64,000 nucleotides of DNA from Longimicrobiales bacterium. Its GTDB lineage: Bacteria; Gemmatimonadota; Gemmatimonadetes; Longimicrobiales; Gaopeijiaceae. The notes beneath the pieces are model-generated. The model was not told where the DNA came from, did not search any database, and was given only the letters and a program-made list of their open reading frames with translations. Shown here piece after piece: positions 55,527-64,000 of the stretch (position 1 is the stretch's first letter; every line of letters starts with the position of its first letter). The stretch covers positions 2,240,001-2,304,000 of the forward strand of contig CBDBCF010000001.1 of NCBI GenBank assembly GCA_965202985.1. The letters are read 5' to 3'. A program made the translations under genes and the position numbers.

Positions 55527-58500
55527 ATGCTGTCGGACCGGAAGTGGGAGCTGGCCTACACCACGGAAGACGGCCCCCTGGCCGATTGCTTCTACGTGCC
55601 CGCCCTCCGGCACGCCGTCCGCTACGACCGGCTGACCGGATACTTCAGCGCCGGTGCGCTGACCCTAGCGGCGCGGGGAATCGAAGGGCTGGTGCGCAAC
55701 AACGGCGTCATGCGCATGGTCGTCGGGTGCACGCTCGAACAGGACGAGATCGAGGCTATCCAAAGGGGCGACCGGCTGCGCGAGGCTGTCGAGCAGCGTC
55801 TGGCGAGCGTTCCCTTTGCGCCGGACCCGACCGAAGCCGACGCCCTGGAGCTGCTGGCGTGGATGGTTGCGCGCAAGCACTTGGAGGTGAAGGTCGCAGT
55901 GCCGTGCAGGGCCGGCGACCGCCGCCCCATACCCGACGGGGCCATCTTCCACGAGAAGACCGGAGTCGTCGAGGACCGGGCGGGAAATCGGGTCGCTTGG
56001 ACTGGTAGTCTGAACGAGACGCCCAGCGGCTGGCGGTACAACTGGGAGCGCATCCAAGTCTACACCAGCTGGCGCGACGGGGAACGCGTCGCCGGCATCG
56101 AGGCAGACTTCGACAAGCTGTGGAACGACCAAGCCCGCCGGGCGATCGTGCTGACCTTGCCCGAAGCGGTTCGCCGGGACCTGTTGCGCTTCCTTCCCAA
56201 GGACGACAGGCCGCCCGTCCGTCTTCAAGAGCGCGAGAAGACCGACTACCCCGAGCGGCAGTCGGGTTCCGGCGCGACGCCCGGTTTGGAGGGCAGCGTC
56301 AGGGAGCGCGCCCCGCGGACCTACGCCGCCGCCGCCGCCGACAAGCGCGACTTCCGCGACCGCGTGTGGTCGTTCATCCGGCAGGCGCCGGCGATGGTGG
56401 GCGGCGGAGGGCGCGTGGGCGAAGCGACGTCGGCGGTCGAGCCGTGGCCGCACCAAGCCCGGGCCTTCCGCCGCATGTACGACGGCTGGCCGCCCAGGCT
56501 TCTCATCGCGGACGAAGTGGGGCTGGGCAAGACGATTCAGGCGGGGATGCTGTTGCGGCAGGCTTGGCTGTCGGGGCGCGCCAAGCGGATTCTCGTGCTG
56601 GCGCCGAAGGCCGTGCTGCGCCAGTGGCAGATCGAGCTCTACGAGAAGTTCAACCTCAACTGGCCCATCTACGACAAGGGCGAACTGACTTGGCACCCGT
56701 CGCCCGCCCTGCGGGGCCGCCATGTCCGGCCCGTGGCCAGCGACCGCTGGCACCACGAGCCCGTGGTGATCGCGTCCAGCTACCTGATGCGCCGAAGCGA
56801 CCGTCGGCAAGCGCTTCTGGAGGACGCCCAGCCGTGGGACTTGATCGTGCTCGACGAGGCCCATCACGCCCGGCGACGGGGCGCGGCGGGCGCGTCCGAT
56901 GGTGTTCCCAACACCCTTCTGCGACTCATGCAGGGGCTGAAGGATCGCTCGGAGGGCCTTGTGTTGCTCACGGCCACGCCGATGCAGGTCCGTCCCGGCG
57001 AGCTCTGGGACCTTCTGCGGTTGCTGGGGCTTCCGCCGGAGTGGACGCCGGACGAGTTCGTCGAGTTCTTCGAGCACGCCCGGCGGGCGGACCCGACGCC
57101 GGAAGCCTTCGAGAAGATGGCGCGGCTCTTCCAAGCGACGGAGCGGCGCTTCGGGGCCACGGGGCCGAGCCAGCTTGCCCGGCCGCTCGATGGGTTGTCC
57201 CGCCTTCAGGCCCGGAAGGTGGTGCGCGCGTTGCGGGATCGGGCCGAGACGCCTCGTCGCCAGCTGTCGGGAACCCAGCGCGAAGCGGCCCTCCGGCTGA
57301 TGCGCGTGAACACGCCCGTGCGGCGCTTGGTGTCCCGACACACGCGGGAGCTTCTTCGCGAGTACCACCGGCGCGGCCTGCTGGCGACGCGCATCGCCGA
57401 CCGTGAAGTGGACGACCGCTTCGTCGAGATGAGCGCCGACGAGCGTGCGCTGTACGAGGCGGTGGAAGAGTACATCGCCACAACGTACGACCAAGCGTCG
57501 GAGGAGGAGCGGCGGGCGGTCGGCTTCGTCATGACGATCTACCGGCGGCGGCTGGCCAGCAGCTTCCGGGCGTTGCGCAGCACGTTGGAGCGGCGCGTCG
57601 GGGGTGCGGGCGACACGGGCGGAGGCAGCGACGCGGTCCTGGCCGAGGACGTGTCCGACGACGAGGTGGCCGACGACCCCGCCTTGGACGAGGACGCGGT
57701 GGCGCAGGCGTTGCGAGAGTCCCTTCGCGCCGAGGAAGCGGAGGACGTGCGACGGCTGCTCGACCAGATCGCCCGGCTCCCGCCCGACGGCAAGCTGTCG
57801 GCGCTGAAAGAGGCGCTGGACGACCTGCGCGAGCGCGGACACCGCCAAGTGATGGTGTTCACCCAGTACACCGACACCATGGACTTCCTGCGGGAGGAGC
57901 TGGCCGGGGACGCCGGCTCCGCCCTTGCGCTGATGTGCTACTCGGGCCGGGGCGGCGAAGTGCCCGGTGCGGACGGCTGGCGGCCCGTGGACCGCGACAC
58001 CGTCAAGCGGCGCTTCCGAGACGGCCAGGCCGACATGCTGTTGTGCACCGAGGCGGCAGCGGAAGGCCTCAACTTCCAGTTCTGCGGTGCACTGGTGAAC
58101 TACGACATGCCCTGGAACCCGATGCGGGTGGAGCAGCGCATCGGCCGGATCGATCGCGTGGGCCAGAAGCACAAGACGATACGCATCGTGAACCTTCACT
58201 ACGCGGACACCGTCGAGACCGACATCTACCGTGTGCTGCGGGAGCGCATCGGGCTCTTCGCCAAGATGGTGGGCCGGCTCCAGCCGATCTTGTCGCAGTT
58301 GCCGGGGACGATCACACGGGCCGTCCTCTCGGGCGAAGGTGGGAGCGCGACGGGTCGCCGGGAGACGGCCAAGGCCGTGGAGGCGCAGGCCAACGAAGCC
58401 GATAGCGGGTTCGACATCGACGCGGCGCTGGACGAGGTGCTGGACGCGCCCGATCCTCCCGCCCCCCTCGTCACGATGGCCGACTTGGACCGCGTGATCG

Positions 58501-58748
58501 GCTCGCCCGACCTGCTCTCGCCCGGCGCGCGGGTTCAGCCCTTGGGCAACCGCGAGTACGGCTTCACGCCGCCCTGGTCCACCGAGCCGGTGCGCGTCAC
58601 CACCGACCCCGACCACTACCGCGACCACCCCGACAGCGTCGAGCTCTGGTCGCCCGGCAACCCGCTCTTCCGCCCCCCGACGGGCGTGGACGACCGACGC
58701 CGCGACTGGCCCCCGGACGCCACCCTGACGGACATCCTGGACGGCTGA
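55527..58748 (+). CDS. PLD-nuclease / SNF2 helicase fusion
   Basis: YDRLTGYFS, FHEKTG...TGSLNET (HKD-type), ADEVGLGKT, DEAHH, LTATP, FTQYTDT, EGLNFQ, PWNPMRVEQRIGRIDR. Confidence 0.92.
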   Translation: MLSDRKWELAYTTEDGPLADCFYVPALRHAVRYDRLTGYFSAGALTLAARGIEGLVRNNGVMRMVVGCTLEQDEIEAIQRGDRLREAVEQRLASVPFAPDPTEADALELLAWMVARKHLEVKVAVPCRAGDRRPIPDGAIFHEKTGVVEDRAGNRVAWTGSLNETPSGWRYNWERIQVYTSWRDGERVAGIEADFDKLWNDQARRAIVLTLPEAVRRDLLRFLPKDDRPPVRLQEREKTDYPERQSGSGATPGLEGSVRERAPRTYAAAAADKRDFRDRVWSFIRQAPAMVGGGGRVGEATSAVEPWPHQARAFRRMYDGWPPRLLIADEVGLGKTIQAGMLLRQAWLSGRAKRILVLAPKAVLRQWQIELYEKFNLNWPIYDKGELTWHPSPALRGRHVRPVASDRWHHEPVVIASSYLMRRSDRRQALLEDAQPWDLIVLDEAHHARRRGAAGASDGVPNTLLRLMQGLKDRSEGLVLLTATPMQVRPGELWDLLRLLGLPPEWTPDEFVEFFEHARRADPTPEAFEKMARLFQATERRFGATGPSQLARPLDGLSRLQARKVVRALRDRAETPRRQLSGTQREAALRLMRVNTPVRRLVSRHTRELLREYHRRGLLATRIADREVDDRFVEMSADERALYEAVEEYIATTYDQASEEERRAVGFVMTIYRRRLASSFRALRSTLERRVGGAGDTGGGSDAVLAEDVSDDEVADDPALDEDAVAQALRESLRAEEAEDVRRLLDQIARLPPDGKLSALKEALDDLRERGHRQVMVFTQYTDTMDFLREELAGDAGSALALMCYSGRGGEVPGADGWRPVDRDTVKRRFRDGQADMLLCTEAAAEGLNFQFCGALVNYDMPWNPMRVEQRIGRIDRVGQKHKTIRIVNLHYADTVETDIYRVLRERIGLFAKMVGRLQPILSQLPGTITRAVLSGEGGSATGRRETAKAVEAQANEADSGFDIDAALDEVLDAPDPPAPLVTMADLDRVIGSPDLLSPGARVQPLGNREYGFTPPWSTEPVRVTTDPDHYRDHPDSVELWSPGNPLFRPPTGVDDRRRDWPPDATLTDILDG

Positions 58749-58784
58749 ACCCGGCAGGCCGCCTAGCCGCCTGGTCCGCCCCAT

Positions 58785-58814
58785 TTGACGTCTTCCGGCC
58801 CCAGGTGCGACATT
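58785..58814 (+). promoter_or_regulatory. Candidate promoter for the ATPase/TOPRIM gene
   Basis: TTGACG-N18-GACATT. The same TTGAC-N20-ACATT arrangement recurs at 60481-60510. Confidence 0.4.
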
Positions 58815-58846
58815 GCCGCAATCCGACGGGCAACGAGGCACGAGAC

Positions 58847-60484
58847 ATGATCCGCAAACTGGAAGTCCGAAACTTCAAGAAGTTCAAGGCCGCGAGCTTC
58901 GAGTTCGACAGGCATGTGGTGATCGTGGGGCCCAACAACTGCGGCAAGACAACGCTGCTGCAAGCCGTCGCCGTATGGAACGAGGTCTGCGATCGTTGGA
59001 TGAACGACGTGCCGCGGGTGAACACCAAGACTCGGGAAGGCGACTACGTCGATGTCGAGATTAGTCGTCTGGAATCGTTGCCGTACAGGGATTTTCGCTT
59101 GATGTGGCGGAATCAGGACACGCGGTCGCCGATATTTCTGTCGCTGGCAACCAGCCGGTGGGATGTCGGCTTCGAGCTCGTCTACGTGGAGCCTGAAAGA
59201 CTGCGGGCTCGCCCGACCAGCGGCGTATTGGAGAGCCACTTGACGATGTGTGGAGAAGAGCCTGCGAAGACTGTGTACATCCCTCCGTTCTCGGGCTTGA
59301 CGATGCCGGAGGCCAGGCTGGCCCCGGAGACCGTGCCGGTACGTCTTGTGCAGGACATGTTGCACGGCCGCGGCGGCAGCGTCTTAAGGAACATGCTGTT
59401 GGAGATCAGTACCGACGGCGAGAGATGGGATGCCGTGCAAGCCGCGATAACGGATCTCTTCGGATACGAATTGACCCGCCCCAGCGGTGTGGCCGAGATC
59501 ATGGCGGGATACCGACAATCGAACAACAACTCTGCGCTCGACCTAGCCTGCGGCGCCCGTGGCTTCTTGCAGGTGCTGTTCATCTATGCAAGCCTCTATT
59601 ACACTAGGGACAGCACGGTGGTGATGATGGACGAGCCGGATTCGCACTTGTATCTGGCCTTGCAAGAGAGCATGTACGATCGCTTGAAGACGATTGCACG
59701 GTCGAACGATCAACAACTTATTGTAGTAACGCATTCGGATCTGTTGATGGAGGTGGCTCGCCGCGACCTGAAGGTCCTGACCGGTGGGAAGCTCGAGGAC
59801 GTCGATCGTCAAGTTACCAAAGATGCGCTACGAAAGGTTCAAGTAAGGGAAGTATTGCTTGCGCAGAGTGGACTAGGCATTTTGTATGTAGAGGGCGAAA
59901 CGGACGTACGGATACTTAGAGAATGGGCACGGGTGCTGGGCCACCCCGCGCTGAAGTTCCTGGAGGGACCGTTGCGCAGGACCACTGCCGGCGAGTCGAG
60001 TCGTGCTGGTTTTGCATCGAGTCATTTCCGTGGGCTGCAGCTGAGCGTGCCGGACGTGCGAGGCATCCTGCTGGAGGATCGCAACGGCAGGGTCGATGCA
60101 CCCGCCCCTCGGAGACGGTCGGTGAAGGGCTTGACGTCGCTGCTTTGGACTCGCTACGAGATCGAGAGTTATCTGATTCATCCGCAGGCGTTGTTGCGTT
60201 TCGTCCGCGAGCAGGACAAGACCGGAAAGGGAGCGGCCAAAGCCGACGAATACATGAAGGAGTACTACGGATCACTGTACAAGAAGCCGTTCGAGAACAT
60301 ACATGCGCTAACAGGTACGAAAGGCAAGACCATCTTGGCGGACATTCTTGGCAGTGCTCAGGTCTACTGCGCGGAAGAAGAGTACTATCGCATCGCCAGG
60401 GTAATGAAGGAGTCGGAAATTCATCCGGAAGTGCGCAGCGTTTTGGACGCAGTGGCGGACACGCTTGGGAGTCGGCCTGGTTGA
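58847..60484 (+). CDS. ABC-type ATPase with TOPRIM-like domain (OLD / fused-PARIS-like ATP-dependent nuclease)
   Basis: LEVRNFK, GPNNCGKTT, GARGFLQ (signature-like), MDEPDSHL, VVTHS, YVEGETD, EDRN, RYEIESY. Confidence 0.82.
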   Translation: MIRKLEVRNFKKFKAASFEFDRHVVIVGPNNCGKTTLLQAVAVWNEVCDRWMNDVPRVNTKTREGDYVDVEISRLESLPYRDFRLMWRNQDTRSPIFLSLATSRWDVGFELVYVEPERLRARPTSGVLESHLTMCGEEPAKTVYIPPFSGLTMPEARLAPETVPVRLVQDMLHGRGGSVLRNMLLEISTDGERWDAVQAAITDLFGYELTRPSGVAEIMAGYRQSNNNSALDLACGARGFLQVLFIYASLYYTRDSTVVMMDEPDSHLYLALQESMYDRLKTIARSNDQQLIVVTHSDLLMEVARRDLKVLTGGKLEDVDRQVTKDALRKVQVREVLLAQSGLGILYVEGETDVRILREWARVLGHPALKFLEGPLRRTTAGESSRAGFASSHFRGLQLSVPDVRGILLEDRNGRVDAPAPRRRSVKGLTSLLWTRYEIESYLIHPQALLRFVREQDKTGKGAAKADEYMKEYYGSLYKKPFENIHALTGTKGKTILADILGSAQVYCAEEEYYRIARVMKESEIHPEVRSVLDAVADTLGSRPG

Positions 60485-60510
60485 CTTGCTCTCGCCGCCG
60501 GCGCCACATT
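60481..60510 (+). promoter_or_regulatory. Candidate promoter for the BNR-propeller gene
   Basis: TTGACT-N18-CACATT, about 50 nt before ATG 60561. Confidence 0.4.
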
Positions 60511-60560
60511 TCCCCGAGGCCTCGACGCCCGTTCGCCCATCCCTGCCACAACCAACAACC

Positions 60561-63500
60561 ATGACAAGAACACGTTTTCTCGCCTGCTCCGTCCTCCTCT
60601 CTGCCGCGGCTGCCACCGCCTCGGCTCCGGCCCTAGCCCAGGACGCCCAGGAAGCCCAGCAAGACGAAGGCCCCGACCTCTCCAACCGCGCCCTGCTCGA
60701 AGGCATCGAGGCGCGATCCATCGGCCCCGCCGTCATGAGCGGGCGGGTCGTGGACATCGCCGTGGTCCCCACGGGCGGATCGTCGGCATCGGGTGCAAGA
60801 CCGGCAGCAAACGGCGGACTGTCGGCGACCGCGGCGCACACAGGCGGCCCGCGCCTGGGCACCGTCATCTACATCGCGGCGGCCACGGGGGGCATCTGGA
60901 AGTCCACCAGCGGGGGCGTAGTGTGGGAGCCCGTGCTGGACGACGCGGGCGTGGGGTCGATGGGCGACGTGACGGTGGCGCCGTCCAACCCCGATATCGT
61001 GTGGGCGGGTTCGGGCGAGCCGAACAACATGCGCAGTTCGTCGTACGGCGACGGCGTGTACAAGTCGGTGGACGGGGGGAAGACGTTCAGCCACATGGGC
61101 CTGCGGTCGTCGCAGCACGTGGGCCGGATCGTGATTCGTCCCGACGATCCCGACGTGGTGTACGTGGCGGCGGTGGGTCCGCTCTGGGCAGCGGGCGGCG
61201 AGCGGGGCGTGTACCGCACCACCGACGGCGGCGAGACATGGGAGGCCGTCTTGGCGATCGACGCGCACACGGGGGCCACGGACCTGGTCATGGACCCGTC
61301 GAACCCGGACGTGCTCTACGCTTCCGCGCTGCAACGCGAGCGCCGGGCCTACAGCTACGTCGGCGGCGGGCCGGGCAGCGGCATCTACAAGACCACCGAC
61401 GGCGGCGACAGCTGGACCAAGCTCGAAGCCGGCCTGCCCAAGTCCGACATGGGACGGATCGGGCTGGACATAAGCTTGAGTCGGCCGGGCACCTTGTACG
61501 CGGTCGTGGAGGGCTCGGAGCAGGGCGTCTACCGCACCGACAACCACGGCGCCACGTGGCGGAAGACCAGCGACATCGCCTCGATTCCGTGGTACTTCGG
61601 GCAGATTCGCGTCGATCCCGTGGACCCCGAGGTCGTGTATCACTTGGGCGTGCGGCTGCAAAGGTCCGAAGACGGCGGCGAGACGTGGGAGCGCATTGCG
61701 CAGTCGGTGCATGTGGACCATCACGCCATGTGGATCAACCCCGAGAACCCATCGCACATTCTGTTGGGCAACGACGGCGGCTTCTACGCGTCGCACGACC
61801 GGGGCGAGACGTGGGACTTTTCGCCCAACCTGCCGATCAGCCAGTTCTACGCCGTGGGCGTGGACATGCAGGAGCCGTTCTTCGGCATTTACGGCGGCTT
61901 GCAGGACAACTCGACTTGGGGCGGACCCAGCCAAACCCGCAACGCCCTGGGCATCGGCAACGCGGACTGGTACCGCATGGCCGGCGGCGACGGCTTCTTC
62001 GCGGCGATCGATCCGCGCGATCACAACGTCGCCTACGTCGAGTCGCAGAACGGCAACCTTGTGCGCTTCAACGGACGGACCGGCGAGCGCAAGTCGATCC
62101 GGCCTCGCCCGACGCCGGGAGACGAAGACTATCGCTTCAACTGGAGCGCGCCCATACAGATTTCGCCCCACGACCCGTCCACGGTCTACTTCGCGGGCAA
62201 CCACGTCTTCAAGAGCACCGACCAAGGCGACTCGTGGGAAGTGCTGGGCGAAGACCTGACCCGGCAGATCGACCGAGACAGCCTACCGATGATGGGCGGC
62301 GTTCCCGACGAAGACGCCGTGTCGCGTCATCAGGGCACCGCCGTCTTCTCCAACATCTCGACCATGCACGTGTCCGCCCTGCGGCCCGGCGTCGTGGCCA
62401 CCGGCTCGGACGACGGCACGGTCGCCGTCACCACCGACGATGGACGCACGTGGCGCAAGTCGACCCGCTTCCCCGGCGTCCCGGACACGACCTACGTGAG
62501 CAAAGTCCGCTGGTCCGCGCACGATCCGGCCACCTTGTACGCGACCTTCGACGGACACCGCAGCAACGACTTCCTGCCCTACGTGCTCAAGAGCGCCGAC
62601 GAGGGGCAAAGCTGGCAGTCGATCGCCGGCGACCTGCCCGAGTTCGGCAACGTGCGCGCGTTCGCGGAGCACCCGGACGACCCGAACGTGCTGTTCGTGG
62701 GCACGGAGGTGCGCCCGTTCGTCTCCGTGGACGGTGGCGCGTCCTGGCTGCCCTTGGAGAACGGCATTCTGCCGTCGCCCGTGCACGACTTGAAGGTGCA
62801 TCCTCGCGACAATGCGCTGGTCGTGGCCACGCACGGACGCGGGTTCTTCGTCGTGGACGACTTGACGCCGATCGTGAAGCTGGCAGAGGCGAAGGCGGCA
62901 GGCGGACCGTACATCTTCCCGGTGCGCGACGCCCTTGCCTACGTAGTGAACAGCGCGCCGACCACTGGCACGCACGCGGACCGCAATTACGCCGCCGAGA
63001 ATCCGCGGTACGGGGCCGCCGTTTCGTACCTGCTGCCGGAGCGCGCCGGCGACGAAACAACCCTAGAGATCGTGGACGCCCGCGGTACCGTGGTGCGCGC
63101 GCTGGAAGCCGCCACCGGCGCCGGTTTGCAACAGGTGCAGTGGGACTTGCGTCTCGATCCGCCATGGTCCGGCCCGACGGCCGACAGTGGCGGACAGGGC
63201 GGCGGCCAGGGGTTCGGCGGATTCGGAGGCGGAGGGCAGGGCGGGCCGGCGGCGCTGCCGGGCGAGTACGTCGCCAGGCTGACGGTGCGGCCGGCGGACG
63301 CGGCAACGGACCAGGGAGCGGATTCGGGTGCGCCTGCGGAAGATGCGTCGGCGGACGCGGCCCCCGTCGTCGTGGAGCGATCGTTCGCCGTGGTCCTGGA
63401 CGACTTGATCGGGATGAGCGCCGCCGCGCTGGCTGAACTGCAAGAGTTGCGCACCCGGCACCGGGAGCTGTCGGCGCGGGCGCGCATGGCAATCCGCCAA

Positions 63501-63896
63501 ATCGAAGCGGTGACGGACGAGCTGGAAGGAATCGAGCAGGCCTTGAAGCGCGCGGCGACAGCGAACGGACACGATGCCGTCGCCGGATTGCGCGCTCGCG
63601 CGGATTCGCTGTCCGAAGCGGCGACCGCCGTCGTGGAGGCCCTGCGCGGAAGCGACGACGATGACGAAGACGAAGACGCTTCCGTGCCCATCGTCCGCCA
63701 GCTTGCCGACGCCAACGGCCTTCACCAAGCCTTCGCCCCGGCCACGGAACAGGAGCGCGCGGCGCTTCGGCGCGTGGCCCCGGCGCTGGACGAACAGGCG
63801 ACGGCGGCGAATGCGCTGCTGGAGCGTATGGCCGACTTCCGCGACGCCCTGGACCAAGCCGACGTGCCCTGGACCCCGGGAAGGCCGCTCGGGTAG
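60561..63896 (+). CDS. Secreted BNR/VPS10 (sortilin-like) beta-propeller glycosyl hydrolase-like protein
   Basis: Signal peptide, RSIGPAVMSGRV, many Asp-box repeats (KSVDGGKTF, TTDGGETW, SEDGGETW), HVDHHA, YGGLQDN, GGDGF, RFNW, ATHGRG. Confidence 0.88.
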   Translation: MTRTRFLACSVLLSAAAATASAPALAQDAQEAQQDEGPDLSNRALLEGIEARSIGPAVMSGRVVDIAVVPTGGSSASGARPAANGGLSATAAHTGGPRLGTVIYIAAATGGIWKSTSGGVVWEPVLDDAGVGSMGDVTVAPSNPDIVWAGSGEPNNMRSSSYGDGVYKSVDGGKTFSHMGLRSSQHVGRIVIRPDDPDVVYVAAVGPLWAAGGERGVYRTTDGGETWEAVLAIDAHTGATDLVMDPSNPDVLYASALQRERRAYSYVGGGPGSGIYKTTDGGDSWTKLEAGLPKSDMGRIGLDISLSRPGTLYAVVEGSEQGVYRTDNHGATWRKTSDIASIPWYFGQIRVDPVDPEVVYHLGVRLQRSEDGGETWERIAQSVHVDHHAMWINPENPSHILLGNDGGFYASHDRGETWDFSPNLPISQFYAVGVDMQEPFFGIYGGLQDNSTWGGPSQTRNALGIGNADWYRMAGGDGFFAAIDPRDHNVAYVESQNGNLVRFNGRTGERKSIRPRPTPGDEDYRFNWSAPIQISPHDPSTVYFAGNHVFKSTDQGDSWEVLGEDLTRQIDRDSLPMMGGVPDEDAVSRHQGTAVFSNISTMHVSALRPGVVATGSDDGTVAVTTDDGRTWRKSTRFPGVPDTTYVSKVRWSAHDPATLYATFDGHRSNDFLPYVLKSADEGQSWQSIAGDLPEFGNVRAFAEHPDDPNVLFVGTEVRPFVSVDGGASWLPLENGILPSPVHDLKVHPRDNALVVATHGRGFFVVDDLTPIVKLAEAKAAGGPYIFPVRDALAYVVNSAPTTGTHADRNYAAENPRYGAAVSYLLPERAGDETTLEIVDARGTVVRALEAATGAGLQQVQWDLRLDPPWSGPTADSGGQGGGQGFGGFGGGGQGGPAALPGEYVARLTVRPADAATDQGADSGAPAEDASADAAPVVVERSFAVVLDDLIGMSAAALAELQELRTRHRELSARARMAIRQIEAVTDELEGIEQALKRAATANGHDAVAGLRARADSLSEAATAVVEALRGSDDDDEDEDASVPIVRQLADANGLHQAFAPATEQERAALRRVAPALDEQATAANALLERMADFRDALDQADVPWTPGRPLG

Positions 63897-63923
63897 AGCA
63901 AGCGACGGGGCGGGGCAAGGCCC

Positions 63924-64000
63924 ATGTGCGGCATCTCGGGGATCGTCGATCACGACCGACCGGACGTGGATCGCGAACTCCTGGGCGGCATCTGCAACGC
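63924..64000 (+). CDS. asnB: Start of a class-II glutamine amidotransferase, probably asparagine synthase (partial)
   Basis: MCGISGIVDHDRPDVDRELLGGIC: N-terminal nucleophile MCGI motif; only 25 codons are visible. Confidence 0.6.
   Translation, partial: MCGISGIVDHDRPDVDRELLGGICN

Noticed and set aside
45618..58830. tgccgcaaatcgtcgg (~45618) versus tgccgcaatccgacgg (~58814) as island att sites
   Set aside because: Short and imperfect, no integrase or tRNA nearby, and compatible with chance.

Overview
High-GC bacterial DNA. Gene content and style suggest Gemmatimonadota or a similar lineage, possibly host-associated (inference only). No rRNA, tRNA, CRISPR array, integrase or transposase was seen. 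(1) 1-16.4 kb holds queG, a sigma54-preceded outer-membrane barrel, an LVIVD/DUF305 lipoprotein pair, an orphan N6-adenine methyltransferase, a Tat-exported GH109-like enzyme, an AlbA_2 remnant, an M14 peptidase, and an RCC1-repeat plus Ig-like/HExxH lipoprotein pair. (2) 16.4-23.1 kb is an accessory locus. A minus-strand operon (ECF sigma, thioredoxin-like anchor protein, 63-aa secreted 8-Cys peptide, LptF/G-like membrane protein, second ECF sigma, ZAS anti-sigma) diverges from two Cys-rich secreted proteins flanking two tandem beta-propeller paralogs. (3) An FAD oxidoreductase is bracketed by a ~160-bp duplication of the namZ 3' end. (4) A ~20-kb minus-strand envelope operon runs from msrP and an in-frame msrQ-DUF4159 fusion through GATase/VWA, C13-like, hendecad coiled-coil, TPR-peptidase, DUF4159, MoxR, DUF58, BatA, DUF4175-like and SRPBCC genes to NamZ. 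(5) 45.6-60.5 kb is a defence island: a vapBC pair, a DUF499/accessory/DUF1156/PLD-SNF2 restriction-like system interrupted by a translationally coupled AT-rich three-gene module (two unknowns plus an MBL hydrolase), and an ABC-ATPase/TOPRIM gene. (6) The window ends with a BNR/VPS10 propeller glycosidase-like gene and the start of an asnB-like gene. The best candidates for an undescribed system are the nested three-gene module (50173-52576) and the Cys-rich peptide locus (16445-23111). All family calls are by motif recognition; no database searches were run.
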